A DNA stretch of 64,000 nucleotides from Dipteris shenzhenensis (Eukaryota). The notes below the pieces were generated by a model. That model ran no database searches. It was not told the DNA's origin and worked only from the letters and a program-made list of their open reading frames with translations. The stretch lies in the NCBI GenBank assembly GCA_047967505.1, contig CM106538.1; one strand, written 5' to 3'. A program made the translations under genes and the position numbers. The stretch's first letter is position 1. Each line of letters starts with the position of its first letter. Positions 13,301 through 27,834 of the stretch are shown here, in pieces.

Positions 13301-16023
13301 TAGGATACTAGATACTTCTCTCTTTCCACCTAAAAAGAAATCTTTGTAAAGGATTATTTTTCAATTTAAAAAAATCATACAAAAATTGGCCTCATTAATG
13401 AGGGAATGTGCTAACAACAAGTGCAATTTTTTTAATGCAAAAAAAAAAAAGGCAAGTACATATTGCTTTAGACAAAGAGACATGGCAACCGTTTTTTGCT
13501 TGGAAAGGATTACTTGCTCACCACTTGGTAGTTTGTTTTTTGGAAAAGGAAAAAGACAAGTATAAATTGCTTTAGGTTGGGTTCAAACAAAGAGGCACCT
13601 ACTTCACCCCTTGGCAACCCTTTTTGCCTAGAAAGGGTTACCTGCTACTTCCTTCAACACAAGAGGGGTACATAAGATACAAAAAAAATGGTTAAAGAGG
13701 GGTTTCTTTCATACCCTTCAAACACATGCCATATATATGGCCTGCACAAGGGGCACCCCCTAAGGAGTATGATTTGCAAATGTTACGAATGATGCTCCAA
13801 TTCTACACATTATTAAAACCACCTATTTTATGGCCAAAACATGGCATTTAATTGACCAATAATAAACTGTTTTAATGTCTCATTTCATTATGTAATATAC
13901 TCTAAAAGTAATATTTTATCAAAAGGTATTAAAACAAGCATGCTATGATGGGAATCAACCAATCCACCAAGCACCAAAGAATAGAACCCTTGATCATAGG
14001 TTTTTAAACCCTTGATCAAACTAATATTAAAACAAGCATGTTATGATGGGAATCGACCATTCTACCAAGCACCAAAGAACATAACCCTTGACCATAGGTT
14101 TTTAAAGATTTTCATTTTTTTAATTGATTAAGTTGATGTAAGTCATCATTTTAAACCAAATCATTTAAATCCCTTAAAAATCCTTAGGTGGGATAGTTTT
14201 TAGACCAAAAGTTTCTCCTCTAGTCTTTAAGGTCAACTACAATCATACAACCCAACTCCTCTTCTGGTCCACATATTGAACAACCCATATCTCCAAGTAG
14301 TCTAGGGCTATGATTTTCAATTAAAAATAAGCAAAGTACCTCTTTCCTTCATATCCTAATCTCTATCTGGTTAGTTTTTCTTTTCTTTTACTTACTTAAT
14401 TGATATGAAGCAAAGAATTACTATGCTTGTAGCTAGAGGAAAGCCAATACCCATGGACCTTTTGGAGGTAGGGTTTGTTGAGTATGTAGGACCAAACGAT
14501 GAGTAAAGTTATATGATGGCAATTGATCTCAAAGACCTGAGGAGAAACATCTAGTCTAAAAAATTCAGTCACTATGAGCTACACCCTCTGAATATGTATG
14601 GGATTAGAGCGCTAGTGACAAAATCTAGGTGTTTGGTTGTGGAGTGGGGGTGTTTGTATGTTAGTAGCCCAATCTCTGGCCTTAGACGTGTATGATCAAG
14701 GAGAGATCATAGGAGGATGGGTGGTCTAGATGGGTTTGAGAATGGGAGACTCCAGGATTTTATGCCCCTAGTTGTCGACAAGAGCAACCCTTCTTCTAGA
14801 GACAGATTTCTAGAAATGGCTAACAAAGAGCCTCGCAGATGTCACACTCTTGGATTGTTGGAGGAGACTTCATCAATCTAAAGTTTAAGGAGGACAAGCA
14901 AGGCGGAGCCTTCTTCTCAGCAATGCCTTGTATCGAGTACAATTCTTGGGAGTAATTCATCTTCACAATCGATTCTACCTATAGGGTTGCACTATTCACT
15001 AAAGGGGGAGTTACGGGTATTTTGGTAAGGGAGACAATATCAGATCATTACCCAATGTGATGCACATAGAGCTACTTCGTCGTCTTAGATCCATACTGGA
15101 AGGGGGTATGCATTCTCGATACCTTGTTATACTAGAGATGGGGGTGGAACATGCCATAAGAAGAGGTCTGGCAACAACTAGATACCCCCCCCCTTCGATC
15201 ACCCCCCGCACCCCCTTTGAAGGATAGTTGGGCCAATTGGATAGCAAATGTGATCTACAGGAGCAGTGAGGAGCACTTTAGCATTGGCACTCTTTAGGAG
15301 CAGGAGAGAGCATTGTGATGGGATTTGTCTTCCATAGAGAATATGAAGGAGGAGTTGGCCTCTCAATGGCTCATAGGCTAGCATGAAAGTGCACAGCTCT
15401 CAATGGCTAATAGATTAGAAGTGTCTCAGGGAGTAGGACCCAACCTCTCAGTGGTTCAAAAATTGGCATGAAAGCATGAATCTTGATCTCCACACCATTG
15501 AGGTCCACCAAGCCAAGTTTGCCTATCACTCCTCTAGGGTAGACTAGTCTAGAAGGGGAACAAGATGACCAAGCAAGACTAGTGACCCTTGCTCAACAAT
15601 TTCAAGATGAGATTAGCCAAATGCACTCAAACCCTCAAGAGATTCTAGAGATGATCACTTCATTCTATTGCTAGTTGTTTGAATCTAAGGAGTCGTCCCC
15701 CTAGATTCTTATAGCCCAAAAGTCAGTCTAGACACAAACTCCTTTAGTGGTCTCCCATAGCATGAGTAGAAAGGTTAAGGCCTCATTCAATGATGGCAAG
15801 CTCTTGGTTCTCCCTCCATAGAAGTGCCATCGCAACAACACATTAACGACATCTCTCTTTAGATCCTTCTAGGAGTGCATACTTACAAGCTCGCATGTGG
15901 CCTTCCATGAGAACTTTGAACCTAGCTCACTTTCCTACTAATATTTTCCATTCTAAGGCTCAATCTACAAATATGTGATAACAAAACATAGAAATAACAT
16001 AAAGTGTAGTGAGCTGAGACCTC

Positions 16024-16700
16024 ATACACCCCCCCCTTCAAAACACTCTATCCATGGAGCCAAAGTCCAAAATTTTTGCACATAGAACATCCCAAGGTTC
16101 CCACGTTCCATCCTAAGTAGTCAAAGATTGCACTTTACCAACATCTCTTGGATAGTCTTATTCTTGAGTTCCTTCACTTGCTTATCCAAAATGGCTTGCA
16201 AAACCACTCTTAGAATTTCATCATCCCCAATTGATGTAAATCTTGTAAGACATGATGAGGATTGACCACATACTTTTTCAACAAGATAACATGGAAAATA
16301 GGGACGACTTTAATTGCCTTGGGAAGTTCTAGTTTTGTAAGCTAAGTTTTCAAATCTTTTCACAATCTTAAATGGACCCTCGTATGTATGAGAAAGTCTT
16401 TATCTTGTCCCAACCTCAAGTTACTCTTCTTATGTTAGATCCTAAAAAGGACTAACACCCTTTCTTTGATTTCTCACGCCATCCTCTTTTTGTCATAGTA
16501 CTTATTTTGTCTATTCTCGACTTTCTCATACATTATTTGCTCATCTTGAAGTCTTTTTCCATACTTTCAAGCATTTCCCTTCAGACTTGTGCTCGATTTG
16601 GGGGATTAGAGAAATTAACCAATACACTTATAATATTGTGTTTACACTGAAGTATAATCCCTACATGGTTTTGAATGGAGACATTTTATAGACAAATGCC
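16024..16700 (-). mobile_element. Ty3/Gypsy integrase C-terminal remnant with PPT
   Basis: Minus frames give LSHTYEGPFKIVKRFENLAY and PIFHVILLKK-like GPF-motif fragments. A purine tract (rc of acccccccttc) lies at ~16028-16040. Confidence 0.65.
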
Positions 16701-19139
16701 ATGAACACACACACTTCCCCTTACCTTGACCTCCCTTGAGAGAACTAGTCATTTACTTGTATATCGTAATATGGACATTCTAATAGTCCAAGAAAAAGGA
16801 GTTGATAATAGTGCATGGTTATATTAGATAGGTATTAAAGAAATACTTATAACTAGAGGAAATATAAGTGAGAAATCCTCGCAAATCTTTGGACTGCGTC
16901 CTACTATGAATATACATACTCTACATATAATTATTTGAGATAGACCCCACATGGATTATTTGGATTTCCTCCCCCTAATACATGCATTGGTTACGAGGAG
17001 TATTTAGAGAGGACCCTTTGGACATCACTGGATATAAAGCCACTAACCTAGGGAGGAGATATTAGGAGCATAGTTAATTTGCCCTAAACAATCCCTAGTT
17101 TGTCTCTCGATAATGATTAAGAGAAGGGAAATCAAGATGATAGCCCTTATATCTAATCACTCCAAGTAGCGACGTTCATCCATCTAGATAGAAGTAGCCA
17201 CTGACACCTTGTTATAAGCTAAGGGCCTACTATATTAAGTGATAGCACATACCTCCCTTTTAAATCCCTGTGACAATACATAGAATAAGGAATGAATAAT
17301 ATACTGCATACACAAGAGGGGCATTTCTATAAAATAATGGAAGGGATCATGTATGATTAGACCCATATTCAAGTTTAGAACTATATATTACTAAGAATAA
17401 TCCTAAGAAATTTAGGCCTAGCCTACTATCCCGTGAAGTAATAATGCCACCACTAGGCCCATTGATAAGGGTCTCCATAAGGGAAATAGGACTCTGGTTG
17501 CTCGGAGATATGGACTCCACGTGCCCTCATGTATGTAAAGCTACTAATTCTTAGATACATTTTATATTGAAGTTGTTTGGGTTATATTTCTAAGCTCATG
17601 GGTGAGAAGTCCTCATTATTTTTTAGCATAGGATACAAAATATGGCATAAAGAGTGTTAGCATGACCAAAATTAATTTAATTTTCTATACACTTTATGTG
17701 ACATACATCATTATTTTAATTTCTCACTTTAAGATTTATCCTATGATAAATCACTCAGAGTCATGGCGGCTATACATGGACCACTAGATTCACCTAAATT
17801 CAGGGGGGATAATACATAAGGGAGAATGTGCATATTGGTATTGGACCAATACATCTACATACCAGTAGATATGAACAAGGGACCCCCATGTATTCAAGGA
17901 AAATTCTATTGATGCAATGGATTAACCGATGAATAAGTAACATACCCCTAGTGGACAAAGATAGGTTCTCTTATAAGGCACCAAAACGGGATTGACACCA
18001 ATACCAAGAAAAGAGAAAGAGAGCCCTGGATTGCAGGCATAAGGTAATGGTACTAACTTTATTATGATGAATGCTGCCATTATTTTGTAAGGGTATATGA
18101 AGATCCTTGGCCTTTCCTACCTTGAGAGAAACAATCCAACTCGAGTTACAAGGAGAGAAGGAAATTTTAGGGAATTCACATTCTGAGGAGAAGGTTATGA
18201 TAGAAAGAATGACTACCACACGAGGCTTGAGGATCTGATAGCTTGAACACCTTGTTGAAAAGCAATGAGGGAGCCAACGAGTAGCTCCATGGGAGATACC
18301 CACGACTTATTTCCTTCCACCCTCCATTGCACTCAATCTCACTTTGTCAATTCCCAATTGAGACACTCTTGACCATGGACGTTAAGGATTGGTGCCAATA
18401 CACCAATAGTATTTGATGGGAAGGTGGTGGCTCTGAGTAGCAACAAGTAGAGCTATTTGGCCTTAAACCACATAAACACAATATTATTTGAGATTAGTAC
18501 TTACAAATTGGGCCTCCCATGATGCAATACCCCCTGCTTTGAAATGCGAGGATCGATTTTGCTCCATTTGGATCCATCTGGATCCGTCGTGCCTCTTTGT
18601 GCTGTAGATTGGGGTCCTCTTTAGCTAGCTTCAAGGCTTGCTTCCACTTGTGCTTATGAGCAATGTGTGGCTAGCCCCTTGGCAGTTGTCCACCCTCTAT
18701 CCTAGCAATCTCGACCTTTTCCTGCCTCTTTAGCAAAGACCTCTTATTGGCAAGGGTGTTTGAAATAATTTTTCTTGCCCATTTGTCAGTGAACTCCTGG
18801 TATTATCGATTGGGATACCTCTTTTGTAGACTTTTGATGGTATTCGTAGCTACACTTTCTTTCAGATCTTTGAATTTTGTAAAACAATCTCTATAGTTCT
18901 TATGAACTACAAAGCGCATTAAGGACATGATTTCCTTCCCCCGTTCATCCTCTAAGTTGCCGTTCGTCTCAGTGATATCATAGTATAACATATCGTCACC
19001 CGCTGGCACATCTACATTTGAATCATCCCCGCCACCAAAGCACTGTGCCATGCATCCTGTGTGGCCACTCTCCCTGCTACTATGCCTATTGCTACATCGT
19101 GTGACGAGCTACTGCGATGGGCACTCACTGCTGGAGAAG

Positions 19140-19320
19140 GGGCTCTCGACTACATGGAAATAGGCGTGCAGCTTTGTGATCTGGAAGGGGCTTCTGACTA
19201 CACGAGAGTAGGCTGGTGGCTCTGTGATATGAAAGAGACTGCTGATTGCATGGGAGTAGGTTGGCAGATCTGTGATATGAAAGAGACTGCTGATTGCACG
19301 AGAGTAGGCTGGTGGCTCTG
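19140..19320. repeat. 48-bp tandem repeat (~3.5 copies)
   Basis: The unit ctgtgatatgaaagagactgctgattgca... recurs at 48-bp spacing. Confidence 0.8.
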
Positions 19321-20345
19321 CCTTCTTTTGGGTTGTCTTGACTCCACAGGGGTGACCATAGTGGTGTGGGGTGGGTAGGAGTTAGTACTCTTGACTCTTG
19401 TAGGGTGTTTTGAGTGTTTGTCATGTAGTTAGATAGATCGTGGACTAGGAGGGTGCCCCAAAAGGTTATATAACTATTGCAAGAATGCATCTCGAGGATC
19501 AGGCAAACCTCCTTAAGAGCTTCCTGGTCACATGATGAATTGCAAATACACAAAGACACAAAGGCATATACACAAATACACATGATGATACACAATACAT
19601 AAATACATAAAGACATAAAAACACATACACAATTACACATGCTTTCCCTCAAGCTCTTTTTCCTCACATGCTTTCCCTTACTTTCATCCCTCTTCCCCTA
19701 TCTACATGTTCTATTGCATGTCTATCAGCGCATTTACTAGTGCATCTACACTAGTTCAAAACAACATAGATGCACTCTTGTTCCCAAATTCTGACAAAAA
19801 ATAGACAGCGACTGACATTCCAACCTGATGACATGCAAAAAAGGCAAAAGAATCTTCCAAGTTGTTGGTAACGAGGACAAAACTGGAGACCAAAGATCCT
19901 GGAACAAGTACAAGATCTAGCAAGAAAAGAGACTCACTTGGAGAGGTATGGAAAGCTTCTTGTCCTCCTTCTTGTCCTTCTTCTCTTGTGGTTGGAGTGC
20001 TTGGAGATGAGGCCTCTTTCTTGTCCTTCTTGTTACAGAGATGAGTTTAGGGGGAGATTTTGTAGGTGATGGACTGGAAAAGGATGGAAAAGCAAAGTGG
20101 CAAAGTGACGATTTGCTATTCTTAGTGTAGGTTTTAAAGAAGTTGAGCGTCTAAAAATGTGTCTAAAAGCGCGTTTGACTATGCTATAGACGCATTGATA
20201 GACGCTTATGTAGATGCATTTTCGCACAATGTAGACGTGCTTTAAGATGCATTTCCAGATAGTGTAGAGGTGGTAATAGAAACATTTAGAAGCGTTTAGT
20301 AAAAAGTTTCAAGTCATTTTGAGCTGTGATTGTTTTTATTTGTAG

Positions 20346-23300
20346 GATGTCTTCAACAAGCACCTCCAGCAGTGACGATGAATCCCTCCATCTCCACAAT
20401 CGAGAAATGTAGTTGGAGCAAAAAGTCAAATGTATGTGTGATTGATGTCAAGGGAACATGTACCGTTCATGAAGAATTACATTCAGTCACATCTTAAAGT
20501 ATAGAGAATGGGATGTGATCATATCCATGGTAAGTGTTTAAATGTTAAGGTTAATTGAGATACCTATGTTTGTTCAAGTGTTTGATATATGCTCCTTTTC
20601 TATTTGATATAGGATACATTGCCACACCCGCATATGTTGCCCTATGCTTGTTGTGAAGAGATGATGCGTTGGTGATACAAGGTGGTATCTTTAGAAGGGA
20701 CCGTTACAGATGCATGGAGTGATGGTGATAGTAGCCCTCCACCATTACCTCATGAGGCCATGGAGGAGGAGGTGTTTGATGATATGGTGCGACATCTATT
20801 TGCCCATGAGTCCTCAGGGAGGGATGATAGCATGGAGTAGGACCATCTTTTTATTGCATCATCGACACCAGTATTTAAGAGGTGCACATTCTCTGTTCTA
20901 CATGCGTTCCTTGAGTTACTAAACTTGCAAACCATTTATGGATGTAGCAATGCAAGTTGAATGACTCAAGTAAACTTTCTATTTTACAAACACGGTGAAT
21001 TATGCTAATGGATCAACTGGAATATTTTTTCTCATTTATGGTCTTCATGTGTAGGCTATTGTCTAACATGCTTCCAAGGGAGTATAAATTACTGACCTCA
21101 AGAGATATGGTGAGGCACTATGTGACATCTCTTGGAGGGTTGGATTATAAGTACATCCATGCATGCGTCAGTGATTGCATTCTATTTCGTGGAGCACATA
21201 AGGAGGATCGAGAGTGTCCTATTGGTGCAAGGCAAGATATAGAGTAGATCTCAAAAATTTAGATGTGCCTCGTAAGGTTCTATGTCATTTTCCCATAATC
21301 CCTCACATCCAACATATGTTCAAATGCAAATCCATTACAGAGCTCATGTCATGGCATTCCCCCCATCGATCAATGGATGGCAAGTGGAGAACTCCCGTAG
21401 ACACTCCTGTGTGGAAGCACATTGAAGACACATGGCAAAGCTTCAAGGAAGAACCCAGGAACTTGAAACTTGGATTGGGTATGGATGGTGTGAACTCATT
21501 TGGTCTCAAAAGCACCTCCTTTAGTGTATGGCTAGTGATATTGGTGAATTATAATCTTCCACCCTCTATGGTGATTAAGAAAGGGCATGTTATGTTATCC
21601 TTCTAGTTCCAAGGAAATATAAAGTCAAAAACATGGATTTTTATTCAGAGCCTTTGATGAGCTGGAGATATTTTGGAGAGGTATCGAGGTGCATGACATG
21701 AGTAGGCCTCCCTCGACGGAACTTCATGTACAAGGCAGTGGTGATGTGGACAATGCATGATTTCCCAGGCTATGGCGAGTGTTCACGTAAGCATTGAAAT
21801 TTTAATTATGAGTATTTGCAATTGATGTGGCATTGAGAACCCACCTTACTTACGCAATTGCATCTATTGTTTATGTCTCACTACATCGGGTTACCATGCA
21901 TGTCGTGTTTATGGTCCTTCGCTAGTTGCTTCATGGCGAGAGGACTTGAAGAAGCTCATTTATGAGAATCTCCATCAACCTCTCCCACTTGATCATCCTA
22001 GATATGTCGCCCCTTGGAATGAAGTCCCTCAATAGTCACTCACTGCAAGAGATTGAAAGAAAAGTCGAGACCTTTCCATGACTCTTCCACATGGCATGAG
22101 CTGATAAGGGTTTGTAGCTATTGTGTGCTATATTGAATGGAAATAAAGATTACACGCTAATACCATATTTATTTAGATAGTCCATCTTTTATTGGCTACC
22201 ATATTGGTCCCACCTCAAGATTAATCACTTGCTTGATCCCATTCATATCTTCAAGACTGTGGCATCTACCATTTGGGATCATTTGATTGGGACACGAGAT
22301 TCCTTGAGCATAAGGGAGGATTTGTGTACCACAAGGACGATGCATGAAGCTTGGCCACAAGAGTAACGAAATGGGTGTGTATTTTTACCCCATGCATCAT
22401 GGATGTTATCAAAGAAAGAGATGGTGGTGGTGAAGCAGGCTATCACTACAATTCATACTCCCACTAGATGCATGACGTGTTTGAAGGGAACCTTCAAAAA
22501 GAGCAAGAAAAGAGGTGTAGAGAAATTATACAACTTGAAATCTCATGATTGGCACAAGATGCTCCAAGTAAGTATGACTTGGCGTAATCTCTTTTTCCTT
22601 CTAAATTTGTGAGTCTAGAAGCAACTAATCAACCATCGCTCATGTGTTCAGTTCATACTACCTTCGAGCATTTCTCATTGTGCATCAAAGGACATGAAGG
22701 ATTGTATTTACAAGATGGGTGAGCTTGTGAGGTACTTCACACAATACAAAATGTAAAGCGTATCCATGCTTGATGCAAGGTTTTCATATTGCTAATATGG
22801 TGCACTTTTTTCTTTTTAGGTGTGTGAGCTCAAAGGAAATAAATCCCATTATGCTTGAGGATGATCGAGCTATGTCAGTGGAGGTGGTTTGTTTAGTGGA
22901 GGAGACCTTTCCGTGTTCTATTCTCACAAGCCAACTACATCTCATAGTGCATTTGGTGGATGAGATTGCTATATGCGGCACTATACATGCACAATGGTTG
23001 TTCTTCCTCGAGTGCTTCATGAAGACCTTGAAGGGTTTTGTGAAGAAAAATACAAGGCCCAAAGGTAGCATGGCCGAGGGTTGGTTGGTACAAGAGTCAA
23101 TTGCATATGACCTCTATTATGCCTCAAGGGAAAGGATGGAGCAAAGTAATGGACAAGGAGTCGCTTAATAATCTAAACATCTATTGCATGGTTAATAGTG
23201 ATGTGATGAGAAGATGGGTGACAAGATATGAGGATGCAAAGGCAAGAAGATAAGGAGAAACAACCCTCTTTTGTACACACCATGAATCTTGTCTGCCATA

Positions 23301-23960
23301 CCTTGAGCATCTAAGAGCACTTCCAAATGATATTCATGTCAATTGGCTACTTGAGGAAATGGAGAGAGTAGAGGGAGACAAGGGGATGCATATCACAATG
23401 GAAGAATGGGAGTATGCTAGAGAATGCATGCAAAAGGTTGGTATATATAATGTTTTGCATAAGTTAGGAGCTTTCAACAATTTAGATTGCTTATTCAATT
23501 GATTTGGTCTTGGTGTAGTGTACTATGTTCAATGCTATATGGTGTGAGGGCAAGCATTTTTGGACACAACGGATTAAGTGATAAGAGAAACACACAAGAT
23601 TGCAGTGTCATTGCTAGATTTGAGGGAGTCAATGGAGCCATGGATGATTATTGTGGCATAATCCAAGATATTATTAAGCTTGACTTTTGGCGCTTCTTTG
23701 TATATGTTTTGGATGTTAAGTCGTTTAAGGACATGGTGGAAAGAAGCCCTAATGCAACAATCAAATGCCATGCAAGTGGCTTGGTAACTATTGACTCCAC
23801 AAAGTTTTGGCAAAGCAAGGACACACTAGTACTACCAAAACAATGTGAACAGGCACTCTACACATATATAAAAATGCTCACTTATATATATTTGATACCT
23901 TTAATGCAAGGAAATTAATATGTTTGTATTTGTGTTTGAATAGGTTGTCTATCAACCAAT
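20346..23960 (+). pseudogene. CACTA/EnSpm TnpD-type transposase pseudogene (multi-exon, decayed)
   Basis: YKYIHACVSDCILFRG and VPRKVLCHFPIIP...WKHIE.TWQSFKEEPRNLKLGLGMDGVNSF...WLVILVNYNLPP (Transposase_21-like). LKSHDWH and QLHLIVHLVDEIAICG...FLECFMKTLKGFVK..RPKGSMAEG (DUF4218-like). DYCGIIQDIIKLDF (DUF4216-like). Many stops and frameshifts; TIRs not located. Confidence 0.9.
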
Positions 23961-25563
23961 CATGGATAATAGAACCGCCTAGCTAGCCAACTTGTCAAAA
24001 GCAGGCATTCTTTGATATCTTATATTAAGAAACCAATAAAAGCTATGATTAATGGCTTTTAAAAAAAATGATGACAAATTTTATCTAGCATGCATACAGT
24101 CAAGTTTTCTTTGGTAATATTATGACTGATCTTAGATGCAGAAGTTAAAATCTTTCCCTCTGAAGCTAGGCAACTCTTTTTGTACTTTTTCACACTTTAT
24201 TAAAGCTAACCTCTAATTATTAAAGTTTTTTTCCCTTAAGAATATGGGAAGCACTATTAGCTCTATATATCTATTTATGATATTGGTTTTATTAGGATGT
24301 TTATATAACTAAAAACATCCTTTAGTACATTAAGCAAAAACTCCTCAATTTAAAGGGCTAGCATAGTTTTCCCATGTTACATTTTCCTTGATTGCCTTGG
24401 TTCTAACATTTTGCTTTTATATATATAATAAATGACAAAGCACAAGGAGAAAAGGCCTTTAAGGTCAAATAAGAAGAATTTATTTAGTTCATGTTGAAAA
24501 ATTGAAATTGCCAACATTTGTTCTGTATAAGAAGTGTATATTGTTTATTATTACAATACTAGATTGAGTGATATGGATAACAACTCGGTCTCAGCATTGA
24601 AGCATGGCTTCCATCACAAGAATGAATTGTTCTAACTTTCATTCCATTGTGATGGTGCTAGGTGACTTGGTGCACTTCTCAGTCAGGTATGCAAAGTAAT
24701 TTCATTGGCATAATAGTATTGGAGATGTGATTGATGTTGGTAACTAAACAACTTACTTTTGGATGCACTGACCATACCAACCTTTATGAGGACCCTTTTT
24801 GCAATAGTTTTCAGACACTTGAAGGGATTCATTTTCTCAGATGGAAATCCCAACCACTTGGACAAAACCATAGGAGATAGTGGGATACCCTCATTGGTCA
24901 TTTTGCCTTGAATTTTAATGTATATGACCTATATTTCCTCTATAAAAAAAAATTACGGTTATGAATGACATAGTAATATAGCCTTTAGAAGTTGACCCAT
25001 AAAAGCTCACTAGACTAGCTTGCCAAGGTAAAAACTGAAAGGATAGCTGGAATGCATGGGAGATTTTGTGTCATTAGAAAACTTGGATCAGTTTGTTATA
25101 ATACTGATAATTCAAAGATGGGAAGGTTCCTTTGATATAGAAAAGTATTTTGACTATGACAATCTCGGACACAAGGTAGCTTTTGACCTGAACAATCAGA
25201 GTTTACATCATGATGGTTCGTTATTTATGGGACACCAATACCATGGAAATATTGGAAGATGTATTTGGAAAAGACTTGCAATAATAGAATCCTTTTATCA
25301 ATGCAATATGGGCTCTTTTGAATTATTTTTGTATGGACTTGGACTGCTTTCATGAAGTGTAATTAACTTGAAATGAGAAAAGTAAGGGTAGAGATCTAGG
25401 TACACTAATGTTAAGTTTATTACCATGGGAAAAAGAAGTGGGAAAAACGATGTTTAATTATATTATCAGCAAAAGCGAGGTTTATTATATTATATGCTAG
25501 TTGGATGGGGAGGAGCTAAAAGTGGTGCTCGGGCATCCTCGCTTTGCGTTGTGCCGGCTTCTT

Positions 25564-26113
25564 TTACCAGCCAGCTTTCTTCTTCTCGCGATGCTCATAC
25601 AGTGCGTAACCCGCAGATCCCAGAGCTGCTACTCCAGCCAGCTCTGCTTCTGTCTTATGCCTCCCAGCATCCGCTACATCGGTCTTTGCTTTGTGGCCTT
25701 CATACTGCACACAATTAACCACGAAACATCGGTATTAGAATCCTCTCCTTCCTCATCGCATCGACTTTCCCCGCACATACTAGAAAAGGAAAAACGCTAG
25801 CGTCCGGGAGGACGTCCCACAGCGACGTCTGTAATGATCTTACCAAAGCGAATGCTCCTGCCGCAACGGCACCCAGCTCACCGAGGTGCTCGTTGCGCTG
25901 ATAGGCGCCCTTCTCCTGGCGGCGAGAGTAATCGACTTCCTCCTCTCTTACACGCTCGTAGGTCTCTCCGTAAGGACGGCTGGCGTAGCGGTCGCCATAA
26001 ACGTAAGATCCTTCGTGGCAACGAGGGGGCGGAGCTTCCACGTAGGAAGTCCTTTCGTAGGAGTCATCATAGTAGACTTCTTCGGGCTGGTGGTGGTGGT
26101 GGTGGTGCGACAT
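25564..26113 (-). CDS. ASR: ABA/WDS-induced (ASR-like) protein, copy 1; exons 26113-25844 and 25704-25564; 136 aa
   Basis: N-terminal His run. EHLGELGAVAAGAFAL|YEGHKAKTD...HKTEAELAGVAALGSAGYALYEHREKKK matches the ABA_WDS family pattern. Phase-0 GT-AG intron; in-frame stop at 25564. Confidence 0.92.
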
Positions 26114-27834
26114 GTTGAATGAGGTGATGAAGAACAAGAGGGGGAGCTGTGAGCCTGCTGCAAGTTGGAAAGACTGGCTTTCCGAGTTCCTATTTATCAT
26201 AGAAAAGCGGCAGTAATCAAAGATGCGAAAGGGCTCACAGGGTGGAGGCGTGACGAATCCGATTCGTTCCCGTTACGTCAAAAACTATTGCGCCAGAAAA
26301 AGTCGTGATTCGGTGACACTTCACAGAAGCACTCCGGCCAATATCTGCTTGATTTCGATATCTCGAGATGACAAAATATCGTGAGGTTTTTATGATTATA
26401 GACACCTGGTTTTTGAAATTCATTGCACACAACTTAGTACAACAATGGAATGTTGAGGGGTGTCGTGCTTGAATCTCCACTTTCATTTCCATGGTGGGAA
26501 ATCAAATCACTTTAACTATACGAACTAAAAACTCGTTTTGGAGCCAATTGCTCCAGTAGTAAACCCCTCAAACTCCAAAATTACATCTTTGAAATACCTA
26601 TACTTTTCTGAGGAAAAGGAGATAAGGGAGGAGATCATTATTCAACACATCATAGTCTCGTCTATTGTAAAAGAATCTGGATATATACAAATTTTTTGTA
26701 GGATCTACATACCCCTTAAATAGACTATCATCGATAAGCGAGGTGTTATTGCTAGTGAATAATAAATCATTTGCTCAAATAGCAAGCAAAGTTTTAAGCA
26801 TGCATTCAACACCTGGCTTGTCGAGTTTATATATTTTATTTAAGTAATGTGAGTGGTATTACTATTAGCCCCTATTTTCATAAAACAGAAGCTCCTCAAA
26901 AATTCTTCTCAACTTACACAGCCCCTCGAGGGCATTTTCCCAGGTGGCTCTCCATGCTCCTCAAGCTCTCTTGGAAGTTGTTGGAACGTGGACAAGTTTT
27001 GATTCTTGTGTCACGAAGCTTTCAAGTGAGTCCCTATTCCTCTTCACAAGCTAGCTAACTAATAACATAAATCATTTCTTGTTTCTTTGTTTGCTTTCTT
27101 AATTTAAACCAAGGAACCACATGGTACAATGAAGTTTGTCATGAGTTGTAAGAGAACTAGACAAAGGCTGTGAGATAGGAAAGTTGATATACCCGATCAA
27201 GGTATGAGGAGGAGGTTGAAAGCCATGGAAGTTGATGATATGATATCTAAACAACGATGGAAGACACATTTGCAATGAATGCCGAGGGAGAGACAAATGC
27301 TACTCTCATAGGTAGTAAAGAGGGAGAGACAAATGCTACTCTCGAAGGCTACTAGTAGATGCACCCATTTGAGCAGTGCCATCAAAATGAAGAACACGAG
27401 ATGTGGTTTCAAATCTATAAGGAGCATTTGAGGTAGCAACATTAGGTCAGTTAGTTGGCGATGAGGCTCGTATCCTTAGAAGGTTTACCCTATACCCAAG
27501 AATTCATTGAGTTTCCACTCTTCCAATGCCCCAAGACTAGAGTTACATGCCCAAGAGGTCATACTCTCTAACTCTAGGGATGGCCTCGACAATGTGAAAG
27601 GGCTGAATAGCTTAGATCAACTAGCTGCAAAGAGGGAAATATTAGTTATGTTATTTTCATCTGAAACAAACATGAAACAGCTTGGGTGCACAATGTCAAA
27701 GATGTTGTCCATTAGAAGGACCAATGCAATTCTAGTAATTAGTGTCAATCGGAAGCGATGTAGCTCGATGTGAGAATCTTGAGGGTATGTATTACCTAAT
27801 TGCAAGAAAAGAAGCGACTACCTAAGTGAGGAAG

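Noticed and set aside
25715-26200. 161-aa single-exon ORF (and its counterpart 59792-60169)
   Set aside because: These read through the intron. The spliced two-exon model restores the complete ABA/WDS domain.
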